Source of the DNA: Octopus sinensis
Lineage: Eukaryota
NCBI RefSeq assembly: GCF_006345805.1
Contig: NC_043007.1
Span: forward strand, 76,384,001-76,448,000
Direction: 5' to 3'
Length of the DNA stretch: 64,000 bases
The position numbers and the translations under genes were made by a program. Shown piece after piece: positions 52,263-64,000 of the stretch. The notes under the pieces are model-generated. The model saw only the letters and a list, made by a program, of their open reading frames with translations, did not search any database and was not told the origin of the DNA. Each line of letters opens with the position of its first letter. Within the stretch, counting starts at the first letter, position 1.

Positions 52263-55200
52263 ATATGTGTGTGTATGTGCCCATTCAAATTGTACTAATC
52301 TGACGTCATATTATATTTATCATTTACATATATTTATATATACACACGTATGTGTGTAGTTATCTGAGTATGTATCTGTGTGTGTATGTATAACATTCTA
52401 TTCTAGACTATTTATTATTCTGTAATTATTTATCAGAAATTCTGTCCTCTGTCAACTATGACATCATTATTTATTTACTAATATTATTTTTAAAATATGT
52501 GTTTTTTATATAATTGTATATGTACCTCTGTGCGTGGCAATCCATTTCTCTGTATATCTGATATGCCTTTAAATCAATTTTTTTTATATATATGGTTTGC
52601 CAGAATTGGTAGAGCATTAGGCAAAATGCTTTGTGGTATTTAGAAATTTTATTTTATTGTGTAAGTGTAATTTAATTTCAAACCCTGTAGGTCCCATGTT
52701 GCCTTTCTCTCAACTGGAATATATTTTATTCATCCAGAGGGGATTTGTCAACAGATGTTTATATATTTCTGTGCAAGCTTGCAAAAACCGTCCAACACAT
52801 ACATGCATGAAATAAGTCATAAAATTATGATGATTATGATGTATATTTATATATGTATGTATATATGTATGTATATGTGTGTGTGTCTGTGTGCATGCGC
52901 ATATACATATACATATAAATGTATATATTTTGTCATAGCTATATATATATATATATAATATATATATATAATATATATATATATATATACATATATTCAC
53001 ATCCATATAATAACATATGCACATATATATAAACATACAAACATATATATATATGTTTGTGTGCATTTATGTATGCATATGTGTGTATGTATGTATGCAT
53101 GTATGTATGTATATGTAATATTATTGGAAGTATTAGAAAGTTCAATAGCTATTAGCTTCATCTGAAGTACAAAACCACAAGAATTCCAGCCAGGTTGAAA
53201 CTCTCACTAAAGAGTCTGACAATGTTATGCTATTTATCATTGTGCTTTATCAATTGGCACATAAAACAGAGAAGACCAGTCTGCTTTTTGTCTAAGCAAA
53301 AGTGAGAGTAATGTAATCAGAAATTGCTGGGATAGATTTATGCAAAAAATGAACTAGGCAACTTTTTCTTTTTATATATTTTTTGTCTTTTTTATAATCA
53401 TTTAGTGCTTTACAACACATTGATCCGTCCATGGTTTTTATAGCATGTTTGTTGAAAAGAAGTTACAAGCTTCTCACTCAACTCTTCCCCAGGTCATTGC
53501 AAGTAGTCTCAAACCAGCATACTGATTCTAGCAGAGCAGGAAAGAGAAGAGTTAACCTATGTACCTGACTGTTCATTATATTTGTTGCCTAGAGATGGAT
53601 GAAAGCTAAAGTAAACCTTGGATGGTTTGAACTCGGAATGCAACCAGCCAGGTCAAATAAAACTGAAATAAGAAAAGACTTTAAGAAATAATAAAAGTCT
53701 TTAAGACTGTGGCTGTTAGTTTATCCTGAGGAAAACATATTTATATGTAAAAATCTGCAGTTTCCCATCCAAGATAAAACTTCATTGCAAAGTTTTGAAC
53801 TTTCCAATACTTATAATATAGTTCATGTGCATCATATTACATGTGTGCATATATGCATATATCATTCATAGTATATCCACATTAAGTAAGATATATGGAA
53901 TGCTATTCTGCATTGATACTGCTTTTGTTACTATTTGTGACACCAGTGATTTGTTAATCACTGTTTTTCTAAATACATAGGGGCAAAATTTGTCTAATCA
54001 TGCAATTGATAATGAATGCTATCTTCTGATGATGTGCAAAGATGTAGAAATCTAGAGTTAGCAATTCCATTCTTGTTTCCAGACACTTTTTGACTACTAC
54101 TGACATGCTTCTATGCTTTTTAGCACTATACATCAAAATGAGATACCTTCTCAAGATGAATGCTGCAGTTTTATGGTTTTCTACAGTATATCCATATTAT
54201 GATATACAGAATGCTTTTCTGATCTAACCACTAATCATATGTAGTTATACACACGTATATATAAAACTACATGTGATTTGAGGGAAATTTGGCTATTGCA
54301 TCAAAAATGTACATTTATCATACAAGAGACTGTTTTGATTTCTAAGATGGGGATATCATAGTCCCAAAATCTCATTGCAAGATGTTTTTGTTGTTTAAAA
54401 TCAGATCTTAAAAAAAGAAAAAACTTTAATGAGTTTTTGTTGGAATTATACCAATATATTGAATACAACTGATTTGAAGTTTTTTTGTTTATTTTTTATT
54501 TGTATCTATTCCATTTACTGTTTTGCAGTCACTGATAAACAGATGCAATTACAACAGTATATTTTGAAACTAATTTTAATCAGAGTGTAAAAGTTATATG
54601 TGTGTGTGTATACAGTTGGAGTTACATTCTCACTTTTGATAACACAGATAATATAAAAAGAATGAAATCTCCTTAACTATTTTTTTATAAAGTATATAAC
54701 TTAACATAATTTATATTTCCTTTTTGGATTGTTTATTTTATATTATAATGTCTGATGTGATAAACTGAAATTTTTTTTTAAAATATGTATGAATAATGAC
54801 GTGATTTTCAAAGACTTGTCCATATAAACAAGATTTTGAAATTCTAAACATGATATATTTTTAATTATTTATTCAATTTTCTTGGAAATAAATATTTTAA
54901 AATTAATACATTTGTTGTGCTTCCTTTATTTCTCTGTTATTATCTACAAAATATGAAAATACATATAATACACATAAGTTGAGGTAGATGCAGATACAGT
55001 GAGTGGTTAAGAATCTCCTTGTTACCAGTTGAAGGACCTCTTGCTACTATAATGACACCCTTAAATGGAGCAGATTGCTTATGTGGAGATAGAAAGTAAC
55101 CCATAAGGGATCTTGCAGAACACATATCAGAAAAATCTGGTGATACACTACAACATTCAGTATGAATGTAAAGGCTAAGGCATTTTCCCAGAGAACTCAA

Positions 55201-56486
55201 GAATTATAAAATGATCCATAAGCACTTAAATGGTTAGCTACACTTCTTAGAACTTCACCTTGCCTGTAAAGCTAATATATGAAAAGGCACTCTGAAGCTA
55301 ATGAAAGTTAAGAAGATCTCAAATGTAATTCTAAACAAAAGCAATAATTCTATTGTTCATCAACTAGTACACCAAATCTCCCTACCTAAATTTTTAACTA
55401 TGTTTTTTCAACACATCCACCCACTTCTACACAGCCACATTACTTATCTCCCTGTTTATGCATAAGCAATTATTTTATAATGTGTATTTGATTTGTCAAC
55501 TTATCAGCACTGCAATATTTAAAAATCGTTCCAATTGTTTCTGTGAGAGAGGAGAGAGTGGGGAGTGTGTCTGTGTGTGTAACAAGTGTCATGGGGCTCA
55601 GAAAAATGTTTTGTGAAGATAAACTTTCAATAAACTTCTCCATTCTCTCTCTTCTCTTTTTTCTTTCTCTCTCTTTCTCTCTCACTGCCTCTCTCTCTCT
55701 CTCTCCTGATTCTCTTCCTATCACCAATCTTCAATTGTTTCCAAGAGCAAAATACTATTTACCCTAGTCCAGCACACAACTATCAAATCTAACTTCGTTC
55801 TGTTTGGGCAGTTACTTCACTGATTCTGTTGAATCTGGGTAGGTGATTTGCGCTAGATTTGGTTATATCTAATACAGGAAATTAGTGGCTGGTTCTTTAT
55901 CATTCTTTGGGGTAATTCGAGCGTTTATGTAAACATAGGCACAATAGATAATATTTGTATGGTAGCACAGATCAAAGACGTCCAATTTTGTGGAGTGTAT
56001 TGAAAGATTGCATCGAAGCATCTCATCACCTGAACAGGAAGTCTAGCTTTAAGATTATAAGTATTTAAAATTTACACACACACACAAACACACTCACACA
56101 CACACAGACACACATAATACATATATGTATATACACATATATACATGCGTGCATACATACACACACATACACACACATACACACACACATATATATATAT
56201 ATATATTATATATATATATATAAAAATTGAGGGAGATAAATTAATATCAATTTTAATATCAATTTAAAACCAGTAGTCCAGCATTCAAAAAATCTGAGGA
56301 GTCAGAGAAAATTCAAATATATGTGTATATTGGCAGGGCTGGCCTGCTAGGTAGCCGGCCAGAATGCTAGAAAAAGACCATCAACGATCAAACTACAGGG
56401 GAAATTCTCTAGAGGAAGAATTCAGCGAACACCAGAACCAACTTTGGCGGGCAGGACATATGAAAAATTAAATAAATAACAGACTT

Positions 56487-56564
56487 AAATGCATACCTCG
56501 GTTTCGGTCTTAACAAAATAATTACTTGCATAATTCAAGTGTCCGTGACTTCATCAGTACATTT
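56487..56564 (-). ncRNA. Type I hammerhead ribozyme motif
   Basis: AAATGTA-CTGATGA-AGTC...GACC-GAAA-CC GA GG-TA-TGCATTT. Confidence 0.8.
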
Positions 56565-57028
56565 GGTCCTCGAGATGCAAACCGCAAGACTAACCCACTC
56601 TCTGTGTCAAGACAGACACGTGCTTAGTCTTACTGATTACATCGGGAATAAAATTTCAAATGTCTTGGTTCTGGCGCGCTGAGAGACTCCTGAAGCGAAG
56701 GGCTGCAGTGAATAATTCACTGCGGGTAGTGCTTACAACTAGGGAACGTATTTATTTAAATATTTAAAAATTGAGGGAGATAAATTAATATTAATTTTAA
56801 TATCAATTTAAAACCAGTAGTCCAGCATTCAAAAAATCTGAGGAGTCAGAGAAAATTCAAATATATGTGTATATGGCAGGGCTGGCCTGCTAGGTAGCCG
56901 ACCAGAATGCTAGAAGAAGACCATCAACGATCAAACTACAGGGGAAATTCTCTAGAGAAGAATTCAGCGAACACCAGAACCAACTTTGGCGGGCAGGACA
57001 TATGAAAAATTAAATAAATAACAGACTT

Positions 57029-57106
57029 AAATGCATACCTCGGTTTCGGTCTTAACAAAAGAATTACTTGCATAATTCAAGTGTCCGTGACTTCATCAGT
57101 ACATTT
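57029..57106 (-). ncRNA. Type I hammerhead ribozyme motif
   Basis: Second tandem copy of the same motif. Confidence 0.8.
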
Positions 57107-57181
57107 GGTCCTCGAGATGCAAACCACAAGACTAACCCCAGCTCTCTGTGTCAAGACAGACACGTGCTTAGTTCGAGGACC

Positions 57182-57258
57182 AAATGTACTGATGAAGTCA
57201 CGGACACTTGAATTTGCAAGTAATTATTTTGTTAAGACCGAAACCGAGGTATGCATTT
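57182..57258 (+). ncRNA. Type I hammerhead ribozyme motif
   Basis: CTGATGA 57189-95, GAAA 57240-43, GTA cleavage triplet ending at 57251. Confidence 0.8.
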
Positions 57259-57727
57259 AAGTCTGTATTTATTTAATTTTTCTATGTCCTGCCGCCAAAG
57301 TTGGTTCTGGTGTTCGCTAAATTCTTCCTCTAGAGAATTTCCCCTGTAGTTTGATCGTTGATGGTCTTCTTCTAGCATTCTGGCCGGCTACCTAGCAGGC
57401 CAGCCCTGCCAATATACACATATATTTGAATTTTCTCTCTGACTCCTCAGATTTTTTGAATGCTGGACTACTGGTTTTAAAATGATATTAAAATTAATAT
57501 TAATTTATCTCCCTCAATTTTTAAATATTTAAATAAATACGTTCCCTAGTTGTAAGCACTACCCGCAGTGAATATTCACTGCAGCCCTTCGCTTCAGGAG
57601 TCTCTCAGCGCGCCAGAACCAAGACATTTGAAATTTTATTCCCGATGTAATCAGTAAGACTAAGCACGTCGTGTCTGTCTTGACACAGAGAGCTGGGGTT
57701 AGTCTTGCGGTTTGCATCTCGAGGACC

Positions 57728-57804
57728 AAATGTACTGATGAAGTCACGGACACTTGAATTATGCAAGTAATTATTTTGTTAAGACCGAAACGAGGTATGC
57801 ATTT
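57728..57804 (+). ncRNA. Type I hammerhead ribozyme motif (one C missing in stem III)
   Basis: CTGATGA 57735-41, GAAA 57787-90, CGAGG-TA-TGCATTT. Confidence 0.72.
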
Positions 57805-57983
57805 AAGTCTGTTATTTATTTAATTTTTCATATGTCCTGCCCGCCAAAGTTGGTTCTGGTGTTCGCTGAATTCTCCTCTAGAGAATTTCCCCTGTAGTTT
57901 GATCGTTGATGGTCTTCTTCTAGCATTCTGGCCGGCTACCTAGCAGGCCAGCCCTGCCAATATACACATATATATATATATAT

Positions 57984-58030
<47 letters not shown>

Positions 58031-58368
58031 CGTATATATATACGTATATATATATGAATGTATACATGTGTGTGTTTGTGTGTGTGAATACATGACTATA
58101 CATATACATAAATTTCAACGGATTTATATCTACACGTGCATAACTCTGATACACATTCTCAAGTTAATATTCACATATCTATGTACGCATTTACATAAAT
58201 ATATATGTACACTTTAACATCCATATGGGTACAATTTCACACACGTACATACACAGAGCAATAGGTAGATAGATAGATAGCTATGGATATATATATATAT
58301 TATATATTGGACCGCTGAACTCTACACGCTTTTTTTTCCATTCTTTCTTTGTTTATTTCTTCTTATTC

Positions 58369-58404
58369 CTTTCTGTTGAAGAGCATAGGCTCGAAACGTA
58401 AAAG
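58369..58404 (+). ncRNA. Minimal hammerhead motif, A6U variant (in repeat ~58305-58485)
   Basis: CTTT-CTGTTGA-A-GAGC ATAG GCTC-GAAA-CG-TA-AAAG. Confidence 0.62.
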
Positions 58405-58525
58405 ACTTTTTCATTTTACCCGAGTGTCAAACTAATACGCTTACCTGTTGTTCATGCACTTATTTTCGTCTTTTTTTCCATAAATTATATATATATATAT
58501 TTATTTATTTATACACACACACACA

Positions 58526-59029
58526 CAATTATGAATAAGAGCAAAAGAAAAATTTTCCTATGCCAATATACTGAAAAATAGACCTTAAACCGTCTAACCA
58601 CATGCAATACTTTTCACTATAAATACACAGCATGCTGCATCGAGGAGGGAAGCTAGCTAACAGAATTTTTTTTTAATTCGTTATTTCCGAATCGGACCGA
58701 TTTCTGGATTAATCCACAAGGATTCTTTCTTCTTCAGCTAGAAACACGATTAGAAATATATGGAACACTCACATATACCCACGGAAAAAACGGATGCAAA
58801 ATCATGAGTACATCTAATTACTACAAATATATCCAAACAGAAATTCTGTAGCAAGTCTCAGCACACGTGTAGATGGTCAGGAGAACTCACGTAAAGTTAA
58901 CTCACTTTCCTCGATTCAGCACGCAGTGTATTTATAGTGAAAAATTTTGTATGTGGTTAGACGGTTTAAGGTCTATTTTTCAGCATATTGGCATAGGAAA
59001 ATTTTTCTTTTGCCCTTATTTATAATTGT
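58526..59029. mobile_element. Non-coding element with ~120-bp inverted repeats and an internal hammerhead-like motif (58684-58744, minus)
   Basis: ~58526-58646 inverted to ~58908-59029; TTTCTAG-CTGAAGA...GAAA-TCG GTC CGA-TT-CGGAAA. Confidence 0.65.
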
Positions 59030-59137
59030 TTATATTTTCACCTTGAAAGGTATTTTAATATGTTGGCCACTGATAGAAACGCATTCTTTTTTTGAAAAAT
59101 GTTATCGTTATATTAGAAGTATATATGTATGTATCTA

Positions 59138-59207
<70 letters not shown>

Positions 59208-59225
59208 CATCAAACCACACACACA

Positions 59226-59261
<36 letters not shown>

Positions 59262-60363
59262 GTGTGTGTCTTTGATTGTATGTATGTATGTATGTATTAT
59301 GTATGTATATATGTGTACGTATATATGCATGCATTGTATGTATGTAGGTAGGTAGGTAGGTAGGTAGGTAGGTAGGTATAAGAGCATTGCAGTTTGCGCG
59401 AAGCATTGTAATATCGATGGGAAAAGGGGAAATAGGAAGACATTTCTGCCAATGCGTCAAGATTCACAAAACTCTTTATATATCAGGTCTATTCACAGAA
59501 GAAAAAACCGTCTGAGAAATGTTTATTTGTACAGGTTCCTATTCAAATTCCACAGCATTATGCTAGACATTCCCCACACTGGTTTTCTTCTGAGAATAGG
59601 CCTTTGCGCTTGAAATATAAAGACTTTGTGAAACTTTACGCATTATCATAAGCTTTTTCCTATCTTTCCTTTTTCCTTTCTTCGATATTACAATGCTTCA
59701 CGCGAACTAAATTAACGGGCAGTTGGTTGAAATGCTTTCCCTTAACGTAATACCCAGACAAACTCGACAATATATTTGATTTGTCAACACGCTACCCAAA
59801 ACGGGCTTCTATGCAGTATCTATGCTCCCAATTCTACTCACAAGATAAGGTTGACTCATTGCTATAGAAAACGTCATTTGCCTAAGAGTGGAATCTAACC
59901 CGAGAGCTCATGGCTGCGAAGTAAAGTTCTAAAACATTCGACTATATTACTCCTCCTGCTATATGCACGTATATATCTGTATAACAACACAAATGTTGTT
60001 ATACAAATCTATATACTTATATGTACACTTGTATAAAAAAGTTAATGTTTGTCATGAGTTTAACAGGCCCGGTTGCTAGAGGCATATTTCTGTTTCTGTA
60101 GCATTTGATCAACAAAAAGTACACTCATTTAAGCGCCACTGAAACGTCTGCATGCGCAGGGTTAACCCAACCTACCAGGTATCACCGATGCCCATCGTTA
60201 GCTGGCTGGGCTTAAGCAACCTGGAATGAAATGCTTGCTCGAGGCACAAGCCCTCCCATTCAGAGAATTAAACCTCCATCCAATCATTGTTAGTGAGTCC
60301 GGCACCAAGTCCAGTATGTGTGTGTGTGTATGTGTGTGTGTGTGTGTGTGTGCGTGCGTGTTT

Positions 60364-60395
<32 letters not shown>

Positions 60396-61229
60396 TACTT
60401 ATATAAACACTCACACAAGTGTGTATGTGTGTGTGTGTGTATGTGTTTCCCTAGTGATGGCCGCTCTTGCAAAAGATATAATTTCTTCATGATGGGATTA
60501 GAAATTTGAATCCTAGGTTAAGGGGAAAAGATTCATAGAATTCGGATACTTATATTTTTTGTTTGTATATTACGAAGTTCTTACTGTTTCTTGTTGATGG
60601 GAAACAGTTTAGCCCTATTTCATTCTTTTTAGAAATCATCAGCATTGTATAGCTTGTGATATATTAGTTAAGCATCGTTTTACGAAGCATAGCGTTTCAT
60701 TAAGGATGGAAACAATTACAATCTGAGAGAAACTCGTGGTATATGCTTCTTTTTTACTTTCTTTCTTTATAGAACGTTCAAGGTTTAGGAAGAGGGAGAA
60801 AAGAGAAGACATTCTTAGTATTTATAAACGGAATAATATCTCTTTTCGTTGGAATTCTAACTAGTGAAATTGTCTTTTTTGTAGCTGATGATTTCAGCTA
60901 CAAGCCATTTTCTAATATATTCTTAGAGGTGTACACAATCGTTTCAAACTATTATTTCTGGTTAGCAATTTGTCGTGTATGTAGTCAAACAGATGTTTAT
61001 TTACAATCAAGTGTGCATTGTTAATATTTTTAGAGTGAATATTCATGAAACCACTGCTGGGATTTTTCAAATACGCATGGTTTCCATGGATATGGCACCG
61101 GATATGAGGTGTCATTAGTCGTGGTTGCAGATCCACCTCCATGATGCTTTCGGGTTTTTTAATTTGTTAGTTTCACGGTGGAACTGACCATATAATTCCA
61201 TGCGAAGTAGGGTTCCTTCTCTCTCGTTG

Positions 61230-63320
61230 GCTATTCGTGATCGGAATTCATAAGCGCTCCCAATCCATTTTTGGTAAATCATTCTGCATTAGCAGTATAC
61301 TATAGCAGGTCTTGTTTGCTATTTACCAAATATTCTGCCATGTTTCTCCTTTCACTGTTGATGCACTCCCGTACGCTAATCAGCCCACACCCACCTTTAC
61401 ACATCTTCATGTAAAGCCTGTGTACGTTTGCCTTAGGGTGGAGGGCACCATGTATTGTCATTGCTTTTCGGGTAGTGCGATCGAGTTGGTTAATCTCCAC
61501 TTGTGTTCATTTCAGGATGGGTGTACTGTAGCGGACTACAGCAACAGTCCATATATTGATGGCAGTCACAAGGTTCCTTGAGTTGAGTTTTGATTTCAAG
61601 AGAAGTTTGAGGAGTTTCAAATATGCAGTAATGTCTTTGTCTTCCATTTCTCTGTACAAGATTTGTGGGGAGGGGACTAGTCGATCACGTCGATCCCAGT
61701 GTTTGACTGGTACTTAATTTATCGACCCCGAAAGGATAAAAGGCATAATCGACCTCAGCGGAATCTGAACTCGGAACGTAGTGACGGGCGAAATATCGCT
61801 AAGCATTTCGTCCAGCGTGCTAACGATTCTGACAGCTCACTGCCTTAAATAATAATAGTAATAAAAATAATGATGGTTTCAAATTTTGCCACAAGCGCAG
61901 AAATTGGCGGGGTGGTACAGTCGATTACATCGACCCCAGTACTTAACAGGTACTTAGTTTATCGACCTCGAAAGGATAAAAGGATAAAAGGATAAAAGGC
62001 AAAGTCGACCTCGGCGGAACATGAAGGCAGAACGTAGTGACTGACGGGCGAAATGCCGCTAAGTGACAGGATCCCAAGGTACTTTTACCCATCATCATCC
62101 GGGTGTTCCATTTTCTCTCCGTTTGGCAAATCTATGCCCTTACGATCTGTTCTTTCCTCCGTTTCAAAGTGAGCGCCGCACACCGAATTCCACTCCTATA
62201 TCTTTACTGCACATCTGTACAGTCTCAATCATCCTCTCCATTTCAGGCTTTGTTTTTGTGAACAGTTTTACATCATGCATGAAGAAAAGTATGTTGAGAC
62301 GTGGTCCATTTTTTTCTCAGCTCATAATGTGCGTTGACTTTGCGTAGGAGTACAGAAAATAGGATCAAGGCTATAACAAATAATAAAGGTGTACAAGAAT
62401 CTCCCTGGAAGATACCTCTTTTGATTGCTAGCTGAGTTAATTGCTGGTGTTTTCCAAATAGGTATGCTGTTCTTAACCAGTGATACACGTTCTCAGTCAT
62501 TCCACATTTGTCGAGTGTTTCCAACATCCCCGAATGCGGCAATATGTCGTAAGCCTTTTTAAAGTCTGTCCAGGCCATGCACAAGTTTTTTGGTACCGTT
62601 GCAGTTCATCATTACAAACTTATCTAACACAAGGTGGCCCTTGGTGCTTTGGATACTTTTCAACATCCCTTTTGTTTTACTGGAAGTAAATTGTTTTCCG
62701 CCATGAATGTATATATTTTCCCTACGAGGATGCCAGTTAACACTTTCCATAAGAGGTTAAGACAAGCAATGGGTTGGTAATTGCCAACCTCATTGCCCTT
62801 AGACACTGATCTTTCATCAACAATGTTGTCTTTCCCTCTACAATCCACTCCGGAACTGCAACACTGTAGGCAATCTTCTTATTGCAACGCAATTCGCTTG
62901 TGTGTTGACCTAAACCACTTGAGCCAGTAGCCTTGAATTCCGTCTGATCCTGTCGCTTTCTAGTTTGGCAGTTTTGATACTTGTGCAATTAGATCAACCG
63001 TTGATATGCGCACATGGCCCTGTCGTGGAACCTCCAGTTGCTGACGTTTGGATCTCACGGAATTAATTCACTCAGCACCGTGGTTGTGGGAAATATCTTG
63101 CCCCCAAACGTTATTCCCAAAGTGCGGGTTTCTTCTGCTTTAGGATGTATATTATCTTCTGTATCCCCTCCTAACCTCTTAAAATCTGCCTCTAGTTATT
63201 TGAGAACTGGTTATTTGCTGGAACAGCAATATGCGATAAGTGTAGCATTGCACCTTTAATGTTTTTGCCCGCACACGTTGTTTTAGGGTTTCAATAATAG
63301 TTTTGAACCCTTTCTTTTCT
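61230..63320 (-). mobile_element. Degenerate R4/Dong-like non-LTR retrotransposon RT, interrupted by SINEs
   Basis: YQPIACLNLLWKVLTGIL, QKGC, AWTDFKKAYD.LPH, KRGIFQGDS.TPLLF, LDRTTRKAMTIHGALHPKANVHRLY..GG.GL. Confidence 0.8.
61662..62063 (-). mobile_element. Two nested Nin-domain SINEs
   Basis: GGTACTTAATTTATCGACCCCGAAAGGATAAAAGGC-like core twice (61662-61847, ~61875-62063). Confidence 0.8.
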
Positions 63321-63407
63321 ATTTGGTGATATTATTATTATTATCATTCTTAATATAAACCCTTGCGATTAATAAAGAAATCGTTGTTACTATTATCATT
63401 ATTATTG

Positions 63408-63870
63408 TGTGAGAGAGCAGTACATGCCATCAAAGTGACACTGGGGTAAAATATACGAAGCCCAGTATACCCATCATGACTACCCGTCTGATAAGGGTAC
63501 ACTAGGCACATGCATCACAACCATATGTGCGCGACATGGTGATCTCATATCAAGATAAATAGCACATGACCTTGCAGGTGGGGGCCCAGTTAGAATTTTG
63601 TTCTGGTCAAGTAGCCATCCCGCTCAAAAGGTCCCTGAATAAGGGTTGTTTAAGGATGTTGAACGAAACACCCCTGTTTCCGAAGGTGAATTATTCAAAC
63701 CCCAAATAATCCCTCTCAACACATGGCTATGATGCTCCCCCACTACTTCTGCTCGTGATCAGAGATGCACATATCGTCAGCCACTAAGGGACATGCTCAA
63801 CTGGTTAAGGTCAAACAACAGACAAGCAAATCTGTGGTATTGAGCAGAATATTTGCTGTAGCCCATCTGT
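63408..63870. mobile_element. (ATT)n-embedded repeat family copy
   Basis: Homologous to 29842-30360. Confidence 0.8.
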
Positions 63871-63879
63871 TTATTGTTA

Positions 63880-63915
<36 letters not shown>

Positions 63916-63919
63916 TTAT

Positions 63920-64000
<81 letters not shown>

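Larger units (their letters stand above)
56221..57972. mobile_element. Retrozyme-like / PLE pseudo-LTR array: ~544-bp non-coding unit, tandem then inverted, four hammerheads
   Basis: Units start at 56221 and 56765; inversion junction 57172/57173; inverted units start at 57173 and 57719; (TA)n on both sides. Confidence 0.85.

Noticed and set aside
55470-56060. Possible promoter or first exon of a neighbouring gene
   Set aside because: Only (CT)n and an isolated GT donor-like site; no coding or downstream exon support

Overview
AT-rich, microsatellite-dense animal DNA; the SINE and repeat landscape suggests an octopus/cephalopod (inference). Almost all short ORFs in the track are microsatellite artefacts. 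One host gene is supported: a 6-exon + strand gene (41346-50961) for a 240-aa secreted protein made only of a hemopexin-like four-bladed propeller. The rest is mobile DNA: two near-complete DD34D mariners and two remnants, a Charlie/Buster-type hAT, three Penelope-like element (PLE) pieces (one with a ~1 kb inverted pseudo-LTR), an ingi/I-like LINE with a 2A (DIELNPGP) peptide and a 5' inversion, an R4/Dong-like RT, and many tRNA-derived SINEs. The main unannotated signal is about 17 type I hammerhead ribozyme motifs (some degenerate) in several unrelated non-coding families, mostly in or next to (TA)n tracts. They include a 544-bp tandem-plus-inverted retrozyme-like array with four hammerheads (56221-57972) and core variants with a covarying 3-8 pair (C-G, G-C, U-A) or a fixed A6U change. 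All folds were done by eye and no activity is shown.
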